A stretch of 60,298 bases of DNA, from positions 81,430 to 141,727 of the forward strand of contig JBBTVD010000009.1 of NCBI GenBank assembly GCA_038063415.1, read 5' to 3'. Below the pieces are notes generated by a model. It was given only the letters and a program-made list of their open reading frames with translations, ran no database searches and had not been told where the DNA came from. The DNA comes from Patescibacteria group bacterium. Lineage in GTDB: Bacteria > Patescibacteriota > Microgenomatia > Levybacterales > UBA12049. This document shows, piece after piece, positions 18,810 through 27,257 of this stretch (within the stretch, counting starts at the first letter, position 1; the number at the start of each line of letters is the position of its first letter). Made by a program: the position numbers and the translations under genes.

Positions 18810-19350
18810 TATCAATCTTATCGGGGATAAGAACCAGAAAATACGTTCTCCCTTGCTTAAACGTTTAAACGTGTTACGTTTTTTTGCGATGCTGTTTCTT
18901 TTTGCTGTTTCTATTACCTCAACGATTTTCTTTCTTCTTATCGCATTCTCTCCTCTTCCTGCCTTGCAACAACAAGAACAGCGACAACTGCAAGTCTTGT
19001 CTCAATTCCAGACAGATATGGGAAGAATTGAGCTTATTAATAATCGTGTAGAGAATATTGATCAGCTTCTTCAATCGCGAAGGTCTCTCGATCAATTACT
19101 GACACTGCTCCTGAGTAAAATCCCTTCCAACGTTTCACTTGAAGCCTATCAACTTATGCCTCCTATCGTTTCTCTCACGGTAAGAAGTGATTCTCTTTCC
19201 TCAATTCAAGAGCTAAGTAATCAAATCGTTGCAGAGGAAGGGAAATCTTTTTCACAAGTAACGCTTTCAAGTTTGGCAATCGATCCGGAATCGCAAGAAT
19301 TTTCGATGACTATTACTGCAAGTTTGATTAATACGCAAGGAGAAAAATAG
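18799..19350 (+). CDS. PilN-like bitopic pilus assembly protein
   Basis: 183 aa with a single N-terminal TM. Overlaps the pilM stop. Confidence 0.5.
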   Translation: MSNNINLIGDKNQKIRSPLLKRLNVLRFFAMLFLFAVSITSTIFFLLIAFSPLPALQQQEQRQLQVLSQFQTDMGRIELINNRVENIDQLLQSRRSLDQLLTLLLSKIPSNVSLEAYQLMPPIVSLTVRSDSLSSIQELSNQIVAEEGKSFSQVTLSSLAIDPESQEFSMTITASLINTQGEK

Positions 19351-20094
19351 ATGGAATATAAACGAGTTTTTTGGGGACAAAAAAGTTTGCGCTTTTGGTA
19401 TCTCCGCTACAAAGATTCACCTTTGTATGCAGGAGCAGTTTTTGGTGTTATTAGTACGGTTTCGCTCATTTTGCTTATCTTTCTTGTTATTCCACAGATC
19501 CAGAGTTGGTTTTCGCTTCGGGAACAAGTTGTCCAAATGGAACAAAAGATTGCGGTATTGAGGAACAATACAACCTATTTACAATCAGTAGATCGAGCAC
19601 AAGTACAGAAGCAATTGGATATTTCTCTTGCAGCATTACCTTGGGATAAACAAGTAGATAGCATTTTACAAGCAATTAATAATGCCTCGATTACTTCAGG
19701 AGTCGGTTTAGGTGATTTTGCTTTCCAAATTGGCAATGTAAGTACTCTCGCGGCCAGTGTCACTTCCGATCCTGAAACACGAGGACTTAACACGACACGG
19801 GTTAATATCAGTGTAACCGGGAGTCTTGCAAGAGTACAAAAATTCCTTGAGACACTACAAAAAAGCTTACCACTTTCAGAAGTAATTAGCGCGGAAGGAA
19901 CGAGTCAATCAACAAATATTCTTATGCAGTTTTATCAAAAGCCACTTCCCTCGCTCTCTTTTAAGCCAGATAAGCCGATCGTTCCTGTCTCAGCGCAAGA
20001 TACCGCGTTGCTTAATCAATTATCAGAATGGAAAGTGCCAATAGTACCAGATCAAGTTATCGAGTCTTCAAACGCAGCTATTCCGCTTTTTTGA
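19351..20094 (+). CDS. PilO-like bitopic pilus assembly protein
   Basis: 247 aa with a single TM, directly abutting the PilN-like gene. Confidence 0.4.
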   Translation: MEYKRVFWGQKSLRFWYLRYKDSPLYAGAVFGVISTVSLILLIFLVIPQIQSWFSLREQVVQMEQKIAVLRNNTTYLQSVDRAQVQKQLDISLAALPWDKQVDSILQAINNASITSGVGLGDFAFQIGNVSTLAASVTSDPETRGLNTTRVNISVTGSLARVQKFLETLQKSLPLSEVISAEGTSQSTNILMQFYQKPLPSLSFKPDKPIVPVSAQDTALLNQLSEWKVPIVPDQVIESSNAAIPLF

Positions 20095-20836
20095 GGAGGT
20101 CTGGACGGACTGTTTTCGTTATAAGACGTGATTGTTCTTTTTTCCAAGCGGCAATTTCTTTATGGTTGCCTCCGCGTAAAACTTCAGGTACTTCCATTCC
20201 GTTATACGCTGCAGGTTTGGTATAGTGAGGATATTCTAAATACGTTTCAGTTTCTTTTTCTCCGGACAGAGAGAAAGATTCATTATCCGTTGCTCCCTGC
20301 GGAAGTACTCCTGGGATAAGCCGAGTTACGGCATCAGTTATCAGCATGGTTGGGATTTCTCCACCAGTTAAGACAAAGTCTCCTATCGAAACCTCTTCAT
20401 CAATATATGCCCCAATTCGTGCATCAATGCCTTCATAATGCCCACAAATAAGAATCAAATGGTCTAAGCTCGCATATGCTTTTGCTGTTGGTTGTTCAAA
20501 AGGTGTTCCAGTTGCACTCATGAGGACTACCCTCGTCATTCTGGCTTGTCCAGAATCAGTGTTACTTAAGATTCTGGATGCGCTCGGTTCTCGCTTACCA
20601 GAATGACGCTGCTTTGCATACTCAATTGCCTGATGTACGACATCAACCTTAAGTACCATCCCAACTCCCCCGCCGTAGGGTGTATCATCGACCATTTTGT
20701 GTGAGCCTACACCGAAATCTCTTATATTTATCAATTCGATTTCTATTGCTCCTTTTTCTTGTGCGCGTTTCACGATCGAATGATCAAATGGTCCGACAAA
20801 CATTTCAGGAAAAAGTGTTAAGATACTTATTTTCAT
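20078..20836 (-). CDS. trmD: tRNA (guanine37-N1)-methyltransferase, carrying an internal repeat-derived segment
   Basis: LTLFPEMF, DDTPYGGG and CGHYEGIDARI. Residues HSGKREPSASRILSNTDSGQARMT are encoded by repeat copy B. Confidence 0.9.
   Translation of the reverse strand: MKISILTLFPEMFVGPFDHSIVKRAQEKGAIEIELINIRDFGVGSHKMVDDTPYGGGVGMVLKVDVVHQAIEYAKQRHSGKREPSASRILSNTDSGQARMTRVVLMSATGTPFEQPTAKAYASLDHLILICGHYEGIDARIGAYIDEEVSIGDFVLTGGEIPTMLITDAVTRLIPGVLPQGATDNESFSLSGEKETETYLEYPHYTKPAAYNGMEVPEVLRGGNHKEIAAWKKEQSRLITKTVRPDLLKKAE
20535..20607. repeat. hairpin-pair palindromic repeat, copy B (inside trmD)
   Basis: gtc-attctggCTTGTccagaat...attctggATGCGCTCGGTTCTCGCTTAccagaat-gac. Confidence 0.8.
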
Positions 20837-20877
20837 AGCTTTATTTTAACAGAAACGAGTAGGATATCGTTGCGGTA

Positions 20878-21114
20878 TTATTGCTGTTCAGCGAGGACGA
20901 CATTAATTCGTTGGTCGTGTTTCATTGCTTTAATCTTCATGATATTGCGGATACTTCGGATAACTTTGCCTTCTTTACCAATAACCTTACCCATATCATC
21001 TTTTGCTACGATCATAGTAAGGACAATCATTCCTTCTTCTTCGTGTTCATCAATAATAACTGCATCGGGTTCGTCGACAATAGCGGAAACAATAAAGTGT
21101 AACGTGTCTTTCAT
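20878..21114 (-). CDS. KH-domain RNA-binding protein (YlqC-like)
   Basis: 78 aa with GKVIGKEGKVIRSIRNIM, in the conserved position after rpsP. Confidence 0.75.
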   Translation of the reverse strand: MKDTLHFIVSAIVDEPDAVIIDEHEEEGMIVLTMIVAKDDMGKVIGKEGKVIRSIRNIMKIKAMKHDQRINVVLAEQQ

Positions 21115-21115
21115 G

Positions 21116-21343
21116 TTATTTTACAATACTCTGAACGGTTGCACTTGGCTGTGCACCCATCTTAATCCAATGTTCGTAGCGTTCCATATTAATCTTTTTG
21201 CTCTTGCCATCCTTAGATTTTTCGTACCAACCAAGCATGTCAGTAAAACCACCATCTCGGCGGCTTCTTTTTTCTTTGACAACAATGCGGAATTTCCGCT
21301 CACCCTTTTTACCTGTTTTTGCTAATCGTATAACTAGTGACAT
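21116..21343 (-). CDS. rpsP: 30S ribosomal protein S16
   Basis: MSLVIRLAKTGKKGERKFRIVV. Confidence 0.9.
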   Translation of the reverse strand: MSLVIRLAKTGKKGERKFRIVVKEKRSRRDGGFTDMLGWYEKSKDGKSKKINMERYEHWIKMGAQPSATVQSIVK

Positions 21344-21358
21344 ATATTCGCTATTCTA

Positions 21359-22024
21359 TCATGATTTGCCTATCTTCTCAAGTGCCTGTTGCGCTGCTTG
21401 TTCTTCAGCTTCTTGTTTGGATTTACCACGACCCTCACCTGTTTGGATATCTTCAATAAAGACGCCAATAGTAAATCGTTTTGCATGTGCAGGACCTTCT
21501 TCATGGAGTACTTTATAGACAGGAGAATTTTGCCTTTTGCTCTGTACATACTCTTGGAGTAAACTCTTAGGATCTTTAAAGACTCTTTTTTGCACAAATT
21601 CTTCAATTCGAGGGATAATAGTGTCACTTAAGAAGACTTTGACGGCATCAATACCTTGATCCAGGAATATTGCCCCAATCACTGCTTCAAAGGTATTTGC
21701 AAGGAGTGATTCATTTTCGCGTCCTCGAGAGTCTTCCTCTCCCTTTGAAAGCATCAGTCGTGAACCAAAATCAAGCGCGCGCGCTGCTTTGGCAAGGCTT
21801 TTGGTATTGACCACGAGTGAACGAAGGTTTGTCAGAATACCTTCATCAAACTGTGGATAGGTCTTAAAAAGATGCTCAGAAACGACAAATGACAAGATGC
21901 TATCTCCAAGGAACTCGAGTCTTTCGTTAGATTCGAGCTTCTTTTTGCTTTCGTTAAGATACGAGCGATGAATAAAGGCTTGTGCGAGGAGTTCTTTGTT
22001 GTTAAATGCTGAAATAGGATTCAT
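21359..22024 (-). CDS. rnc: ribonuclease III
   Basis: NERLEFLGDSIL signature plus a C-terminal dsRBD. Confidence 0.9.
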   Translation of the reverse strand: MNPISAFNNKELLAQAFIHRSYLNESKKKLESNERLEFLGDSILSFVVSEHLFKTYPQFDEGILTNLRSLVVNTKSLAKAARALDFGSRLMLSKGEEDSRGRENESLLANTFEAVIGAIFLDQGIDAVKVFLSDTIIPRIEEFVQKRVFKDPKSLLQEYVQSKRQNSPVYKVLHEEGPAHAKRFTIGVFIEDIQTGEGRGKSKQEAEEQAAQQALEKIGKS

Positions 22025-22368
22025 ATTTTTTGTAAATGTCCAAGAACTCCATTAATGAATCCTGGACTCGTCGCATTTGAAAATTCTTTTGCTAACTCAA
22101 CAGCTTCATCAATCACCACATTTGGTGGCTCTTTTTTGTCTATAAGTAGTTCATATATTGCAACTCGTAAGATTGCTAGATCTACACGGTTTATCTTTTT
22201 GACAGGGAAATCAGGTGCAACTTTCTGGATCTCTTTATCCAAAAACTCTCTTTGTTCCCATATGGCCAATGCGTCTTTGCTTAGTGTCTGTTGATGGAAC
22301 TCTATGCTAAATAACTCTTGAACTAATCGTTGCCTTTTTTTATGTCGTGGATCCTGAGAAGTCTTCAT
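22021..22368 (-). CDS. nusB: transcription antitermination factor NusB (short form)
   Basis: 115 aa with DLAILRVAIYELL...VVIDEAVELAKEF. Confidence 0.7.
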   Translation of the reverse strand: MKTSQDPRHKKRQRLVQELFSIEFHQQTLSKDALAIWEQREFLDKEIQKVAPDFPVKKINRVDLAILRVAIYELLIDKKEPPNVVIDEAVELAKEFSNATSPGFINGVLGHLQKI

Positions 22369-22437
22369 ACGATTAGTTGGATTCGTATCTTATCCTTAAT
22401 GATCCGCAAACTGGTGTCTGTCTCGTGAAGAATATCT

Positions 22438-22644
22438 TTACGCAGACGTTTGTACTGTCTTGGAACCATTCTTTTGTACAACTTGTTGTCCTTTGTAAAA
22501 ACCACAATTTTGGCAAATTGCGTGTGATGGGTGAAGCCCTCCACAGTTCTTGCAAATAACAGAATGAACTACCGTTAAACTGATACTTGCGCGTCGTTTT
22601 CCTTGACGTGCTCGTGAATGTCGTTTCTTTGGTTCGTGTGCCAT
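22438..22644 (-). CDS. rpmF: 50S ribosomal protein L32
   Basis: MAHEPKKRHSRARQGKRRA...CKNCGG..HAICQNCGFYKG. Start reset from 22764. Confidence 0.8.
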   Translation of the reverse strand: MAHEPKKRHSRARQGKRRASISLTVVHSVICKNCGGLHPSHAICQNCGFYKGQQVVQKNGSKTVQTSA

Positions 22645-22710
22645 ATATGCGTATTTTACTGTATTTGGCTTGAAGTTGCAAGAAGGAGTCGAATTTGCTA
22701 CTATGCAGCT

Positions 22711-22992
22711 ATGGATAATAAAACAATTACCATTCAAGAATATGAACTTCCGATTACGATTCAAGCAGAAGAGGAAGGTGGTTTTTTAGCTCATTGTCCT
22801 CTTTGGAAAGATTGCTACGCTCAGGGAGAAACTATTGAAGAAGCCATTACCGAAATAACATATGTAGCGTCTTCTCTTATTGAGATCTATAAAGAAGAAG
22901 ATATAAAGATTCCTTTAAAAGCCAAACATGCAGAGAAAAAAGCAAAGAAGGGATTTACGATTACTTTTCCTTTAATTGTTACTGCTTCATAG
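22711..22992 (+). CDS. hicB: HicB-family antitoxin
   Basis: ITIQAEEEGGFLAHCPLWKDCYAQGETIEEAITEI. Start reset to the ATG at 22711. Confidence 0.7.
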   Translation: MDNKTITIQEYELPITIQAEEEGGFLAHCPLWKDCYAQGETIEEAITEITYVASSLIEIYKEEDIKIPLKAKHAEKKAKKGFTITFPLIVTAS

Positions 22993-22995
22993 ATT

Positions 22996-23217
22996 ATGCC
23001 ACATATACCACCGATGTCATATCACAAAGTGATAAAGAAACTTCGTAAATTAGGCTTTGTATTTCGTCGGGCTACTGGAGGCTCTCATGAGGTATGGTGG
23101 AATGAACGAACGAGGAAAACTAGTATCGTTCCGTATCATAAAGAGGTTAAATCAGGGACGCTAAGGAGTATTATCGAGCAATGTGATATAAGTGAAAGGG
23201 AATTTTTGGAGGCGTAA
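22996..23217 (+). CDS. hicA: HicA-family mRNA interferase toxin
   Basis: 73 aa with YHKVIKKLRKLGFVFRRATGGSHEVWWN. Confidence 0.8.
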   Translation: MPHIPPMSYHKVIKKLRKLGFVFRRATGGSHEVWWNERTRKTSIVPYHKEVKSGTLRSIIEQCDISEREFLEA

Positions 23218-23221
23218 ACGT

Positions 23222-23914
23222 ATGCAGACAGCAAAAGTGAATTGGCCAGAGATTATTCATCTTCTGGCGGATATGGTCGTTTTTCATCATTATGAATTTG
23301 ATGATTTTTTAAAGAAGTTAGTTTCCGTTACCCTTTCAGTTGTTCCTGTTGACTCCTGTCTTATCTATTATTACGATACAGACAAAAAGACACTTAGCCT
23401 AATCGGCTCTAAACGATCTCATGAGGATCTTATTGGTAATATCATTATCAAAAAAGGAGAAGGAATTACCGGTTGGGTACTTGAAAATAAGCAGACGGTT
23501 GCCCTGACAAAAGAAGCATACAAAGATCCTCGTTTTAAGTTTTTTAAAGAACTTCCCGAAGATAATTATGAGGGATTTCTTTCCGTTCCAATTCTCAATG
23601 CTTCTGGAGCTATGGGTGTTATTAATTTACAGAGCAAGCTTCCCTATACCTTTACTAAAGAACAAATTGAATCGATCGAAGCCATCGTGCAGATTATTGC
23701 TGCTTGTTTTGAACAAATGATACTCAATCGTCAGTTAGATCGACTCGAAACCAAACTCAAAGAGCGACGGATTATTGAGGAAGCAAAGGGAATACTCATG
23801 AAGGTGAAAAAACTTGATGAAAGTGAAGCTCATCATTTCCTCCGTCGCGAGGCTATGTCCAAAAGAAAAACGATGGCAGAAATTGCAGAGGCAGTATTGT
23901 TAGTCTGGAAATAA
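23222..23914 (+). CDS. GAF + ANTAR RNA-binding antitermination regulator
   Basis: GAF-like N-terminal part and ANTAR-like IIEEAKGILMKVKKLDESEAHHFLRREAMSKRKTMAEIAEAVL. GGAGG lies 9 nt before the ATG at 23222. Confidence 0.75.
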   Translation: MQTAKVNWPEIIHLLADMVVFHHYEFDDFLKKLVSVTLSVVPVDSCLIYYYDTDKKTLSLIGSKRSHEDLIGNIIIKKGEGITGWVLENKQTVALTKEAYKDPRFKFFKELPEDNYEGFLSVPILNASGAMGVINLQSKLPYTFTKEQIESIEAIVQIIAACFEQMILNRQLDRLETKLKERRIIEEAKGILMKVKKLDESEAHHFLRREAMSKRKTMAEIAEAVLLVWK

Positions 23915-23932
23915 CCTTTTTACTATGAGTTA

Positions 23933-23961
23933 TTGACAGTGAAAATAGGATATTGTATAAA
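23933..23961 (+). promoter_or_regulatory. sigma70-like promoter, TTGACA-17 nt-TATAAA (glnA leader)
   Basis: Read directly. Implies a leader of roughly 155 nt before glnA. Confidence 0.45.
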
Positions 23962-24037
23962 CTCTATAACTCTTCAATGATGAAGACCCCGAAGACACAG
24001 ACGTCCTCAAAAGTTTAGATTTAGTTTTATTTTTATT

Positions 24038-24127
24038 GTCATGCTGAACTCGTTTCAGCATCCCAAAAAAGATTCTGGACAAGCCAGAATGACGGCTTAC
24101 AAGATCCTGAAACAAGTTCAGGATGAC
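24038..24127. repeat. hairpin repeat, copy C (one full unit plus an extra hairpin) in the glnA leader
   Basis: gtc-atgctgaaCTCGtttcagcat...attctggACAAGccagaat-gac, then atcctgaAACAAGttcaggat-gac. The last ATG is the annotated glnA start. Confidence 0.75.
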
Positions 24128-25535
24128 AGAAAATATGATAGAAGAACAAAAAGCACTACAACTTATTACATCAGGCGAGATCCTCTTTGTTGATCTTCGA
24201 TTTACTGACATCCGCGGCGCATGGCAGCATATGACTATGACCGCACATGAATTCACTCCCGAAAATATCAAAAAAGGTTTTGGTTTTGATGGCTCAAGTA
24301 TTAAAGGTTTTAACTCTATCTTTGAGAGTGACATGTTACTTATGCCTGATATGGAGACCCCTTTCCTGGATCCATTTTACGAAAAAACATTAATTGTTAT
24401 CTGTGATGTCTATGATCCTATTACACGTGAGCCTTTTGAAAGAGATCCTCGTTATACAGCCAAAAAAGCAGAAGCGTACCTCAAGAAGACAGGGGTGGGT
24501 ACTATTTCTTACTGGGGTCCTGAAATTGAATTTTTTGTCTTTGATAAGTTGGCTATTGGTCTTCATCCACATAACTCGTTTATAAATATTGAGAGTAGTG
24601 AGATCCCCGACTTTCCTCAGGAGGGACATGATGGCTACAAGATTATGACCAAGAGTGGGTACTTCCCTACCCCTCCTTTTGATAAATTACAAGCATTTCG
24701 TTCGGAAATGGTAACGATTCTTGAATCAATTGGGATAACCGTTGAAGTCCATCATCATGAAGTCGCAACAGGAGGACAGGTAGAAATAGATATGCGCTAT
24801 GGCACACTGGTTGCAACGGCTGATAACGTGATGAAGTATAAATACGTTGCCCGAAATGTTGCCAAGAAGTACGGTATGACGGCTACCTTTCTTCCAAAGC
24901 CAATTGCTGGAGATAATGGTTCAGGGATGCATACGCATCAGAGTATTTTTAAAGCGGGCAAAAATGTCTTCTTTGACCCCAAAGGCTATGCTGAGCTTTC
25001 AAAACCAGCTCTCTCTTATGCTGCTGGCCTTCTCTCTCATCTTCGGGCATTACTTGGTATTACCAATAGTACACTCAGCTCCTATCGTAGACTCGTCCCT
25101 CACTACGAAGCACCAACAGCTATTGCTTTCTCTAAGCGCAACCGAAGCGCTGCGGTACGAGTGCCAATGTATTTTATGAATGATGAAAAGTCGAAACGAT
25201 TGGAGCTTCGTTGCCCTGATCCAACTACTAATCCTTATCTATCATTCTCTGCACAGTTGGTATTTGGACTTGATGGCATTGCCAAAAAACTTGATCCAAC
25301 AAAAGAAGGATTTGGACCTTTTGAGGAGAATATTTGGGAAAAATCCCGAGTCAAACAGACTCCTCAATCTCTTGTCGAAACGCTTGGATTCCTCAGGAAA
25401 GATAAAACACTTGTCGAAAGTGGTGTCTTCGCACAAAGTTTGCTGACAAACTATCTCGATATCAAAACAACTGAAATGCGTGAATCCCTTCTCTATCCTA
25501 CTCCAGCAGATTTCTGGTTCAATGGAGACCTCTAG
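24123..25535 (+). CDS. glnA: glutamine synthetase, type I
   Basis: 470 aa with GSGMHTHQS and overall GSI layout. An alternative start is the ATG at 24135. Confidence 0.9.
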   Translation: MTENMIEEQKALQLITSGEILFVDLRFTDIRGAWQHMTMTAHEFTPENIKKGFGFDGSSIKGFNSIFESDMLLMPDMETPFLDPFYEKTLIVICDVYDPITREPFERDPRYTAKKAEAYLKKTGVGTISYWGPEIEFFVFDKLAIGLHPHNSFINIESSEIPDFPQEGHDGYKIMTKSGYFPTPPFDKLQAFRSEMVTILESIGITVEVHHHEVATGGQVEIDMRYGTLVATADNVMKYKYVARNVAKKYGMTATFLPKPIAGDNGSGMHTHQSIFKAGKNVFFDPKGYAELSKPALSYAAGLLSHLRALLGITNSTLSSYRRLVPHYEAPTAIAFSKRNRSAAVRVPMYFMNDEKSKRLELRCPDPTTNPYLSFSAQLVFGLDGIAKKLDPTKEGFGPFEENIWEKSRVKQTPQSLVETLGFLRKDKTLVESGVFAQSLLTNYLDIKTTEMRESLLYPTPADFWFNGDL

Positions 25536-25538
25536 CTT

Positions 25539-25620
25539 GTCATCCTGGAGAGGCAACGACCTCGATAGGATCTCATCCTATAAAGATTCTATCGCACAAC
25601 AAGTTACGTTCCAGAATGAC
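25539..25620. repeat. degenerate hairpin repeat, copy D
   Basis: gtcatcctgg...ataggatCTCatcctat...ccagaatgac, starting 4 nt after the glnA stop. Confidence 0.55.
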
Positions 25621-25635
25621 AAAAGGTTTAGGGAC

Positions 25636-25665
25636 TTGACAGAGCGAGTAAAAATTGTCTAATCT
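25636..25665 (+). promoter_or_regulatory. sigma70-like promoter, TTGACA-18 nt-TAATCT
   Basis: The -10 ends 6 nt before the ATG at 25672, a leaderless geometry. Confidence 0.4.
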
Positions 25666-25671
25666 AAAGAC

Positions 25672-26301
25672 ATGGATCAAAAGTCACCATCTGAGGTCGA
25701 TAAACAGCAAAACTCTTCACAAGGAGTACCTGGCTTTGGATCGACAACACCTCCGACAACTGGAACTCCTGCAGCTGAATCTACGACTACATCGGTAGCT
25801 CCTTCATCAGCATCACCCGCAGCAACAACTCCTCTGCCGTCTTTTGGCAGCATTGGGAACACTACCCCTTCAGAATCTGTCAGTTCTGCTTCTCCAACTG
25901 CTTCAGCTGGAAATGTATCGCCAACAGCAACACCACCTGCTTCTGGTTCACCGACTTCACCTTCACTTGATCATGCTCCTAAGCATGGCCCTAATGTTAT
26001 ATTGTTAGCGGGGATTGTTATCCTGGTAATTGCTGTGCTGGGAGGAGCTTTCTTCCTTGCTATGATGCAAAGCACTCCTACGCCTGCTCCTGTAGAAGTT
26101 CCACCAACGGTAACAGCTGCTCCTTCTCCTACATCGACAGAACCTTCTCCCACATCAGCCGTAAGTAGCACAACGGGTAATAGTAATGAACAGTTACAGA
26201 AAGATACTCAAACAATTGAAGCAAGTATTACCGGTGTAGCAAATGACGAATCCGCGATAGATGAAGGTCTTAATGATCAACAGGCTGAACTTACTCAATA
26301 A
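25672..26301 (+). CDS. hypothetical Pro/Thr/Ser-rich membrane-anchored protein
   Basis: 209 aa, low-complexity PTS-rich, with one central TM (VILLAGIVILVIAVLGGAFFLAMM). Confidence 0.5.
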   Translation: MDQKSPSEVDKQQNSSQGVPGFGSTTPPTTGTPAAESTTTSVAPSSASPAATTPLPSFGSIGNTTPSESVSSASPTASAGNVSPTATPPASGSPTSPSLDHAPKHGPNVILLAGIVILVIAVLGGAFFLAMMQSTPTPAPVEVPPTVTAAPSPTSTEPSPTSAVSSTTGNSNEQLQKDTQTIEASITGVANDESAIDEGLNDQQAELTQ

Positions 26302-26304
26302 TAT

Positions 26305-27132
26305 ATGCAAAGATTATTACAAAGTCTCGGTATAGCTTCAATTGCCTCCTTATGCGTTGTGGGGAGTGCTTTTGCTCAGTCACCTTCTGTTTCACAAGGA
26401 GAAAGCTCTGGTGCTATGATACGAGCTCGTGAACAAGCAAAGCAAATGAAACAAGATGCTTCAGCAAAAATTGCGGGAACTCTCCAGGAAAGAGCTGGTT
26501 ATGAAATTACCCGTCGAATTACTTCGCTGGAGACGCTGATTGAACGCATTAATGGATTTCGATTGCTTACTGCTGCACAAAAAAGTGAACTGATAGCACA
26601 AATACAAACTGAAATTGATGCATTAAAAGCTTTACAAAGCAAAATTGAAGCAAATGCTGACACAGCAACCCTTCGTGAAGATGTTAAATCAATAGTTACC
26701 TCTTATCGTATCTATGCCCTCTTTATGCCAAAGATTGCAATAATTGGTGCAGGGGAACGCATAATGACCTTGACTGATGAAATGAGCGTGTTAGCAGATA
26801 AGCTTGAAGCCCGTATTGCTGAGGCTGAAGCCGCAGGGCAAGATGTAACTGTTTGGGAAACACATCTGGATACGATGAATGCAAATATTACTGATGCAGA
26901 GACCAAAGCACAAGCAGCTATAGATGCTGTTCTTCCATTAAATCCAGAAGGGTATCCAGATAATAAAAAAACCCTACAAGAAGCAAGATTATTAATTCAG
27001 CAAGCTCATCAGAGCTTGGTAACAGCTGCTGCTTCAGCAAAAACAATTACGCAGGCACTGGAGAAGACTCCTCAAGCAGCTGGTGCAACAACATCACTCA
27101 CTTCCTCCCCAACTGTTGAAGTTCAACAGTGA
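26305..27132 (+). CDS. hypothetical secreted helical protein
   Basis: 275 aa with signal-peptide-like N-terminus (...VVGSAFAQS) and an Ala/Gln/Glu-rich helical body. Confidence 0.5.
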   Translation: MQRLLQSLGIASIASLCVVGSAFAQSPSVSQGESSGAMIRAREQAKQMKQDASAKIAGTLQERAGYEITRRITSLETLIERINGFRLLTAAQKSELIAQIQTEIDALKALQSKIEANADTATLREDVKSIVTSYRIYALFMPKIAIIGAGERIMTLTDEMSVLADKLEARIAEAEAAGQDVTVWETHLDTMNANITDAETKAQAAIDAVLPLNPEGYPDNKKTLQEARLLIQQAHQSLVTAAASAKTITQALEKTPQAAGATTSLTSSPTVEVQQ

Positions 27133-27160
27133 TCTTATAGCCTTTGTTAGGCAAGGCTCC

Positions 27161-27223
27161 GTCTCCTGTCCAGAATCCGCCATATGATCCTGGGTGTGCT
27201 CGTACCTCGCTTACCAGGATGAC
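27161..27223. repeat. hairpin repeat, copy E (left arm degraded)
   Basis: ...tgtccagaat...atcctggGTGTGCTCGTACCTCGCTTAccaggat-gac, between convergent genes. Confidence 0.55.
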
Positions 27224-27257
27224 GTTTGCGTAACGTGAATTGTTTATAAAGTCCGGC

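Noticed and set aside
22373-22764. 102-aa and 108-aa minus-strand ORFs around rpmF
   Set aside because: Only the last 68 codons of the 108-aa frame look like L32. The 102-aa ORF is an alternative frame over the same DNA with no recognisable features.
24038-24127. Canonical ANTAR dual-hexaloop target in the glnA leader
   Set aside because: The hairpin loops are 4, 5 and 6 nt (CUCG, ACAAG, AACAAG). The one hexaloop lacks G at position 4, and no overlapping terminator was found. It is kept only as a speculative co-option idea.
23930-24334. 134-aa minus-strand ORF spanning the glnA leader and start
   Set aside because: It is antisense to glnA, and its middle part (SVILNLFQDLVSRHSGLSRIFFGMLKRVQHD) is simply the translation of repeat copy C. 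It is a typical repeat-derived junk ORF.
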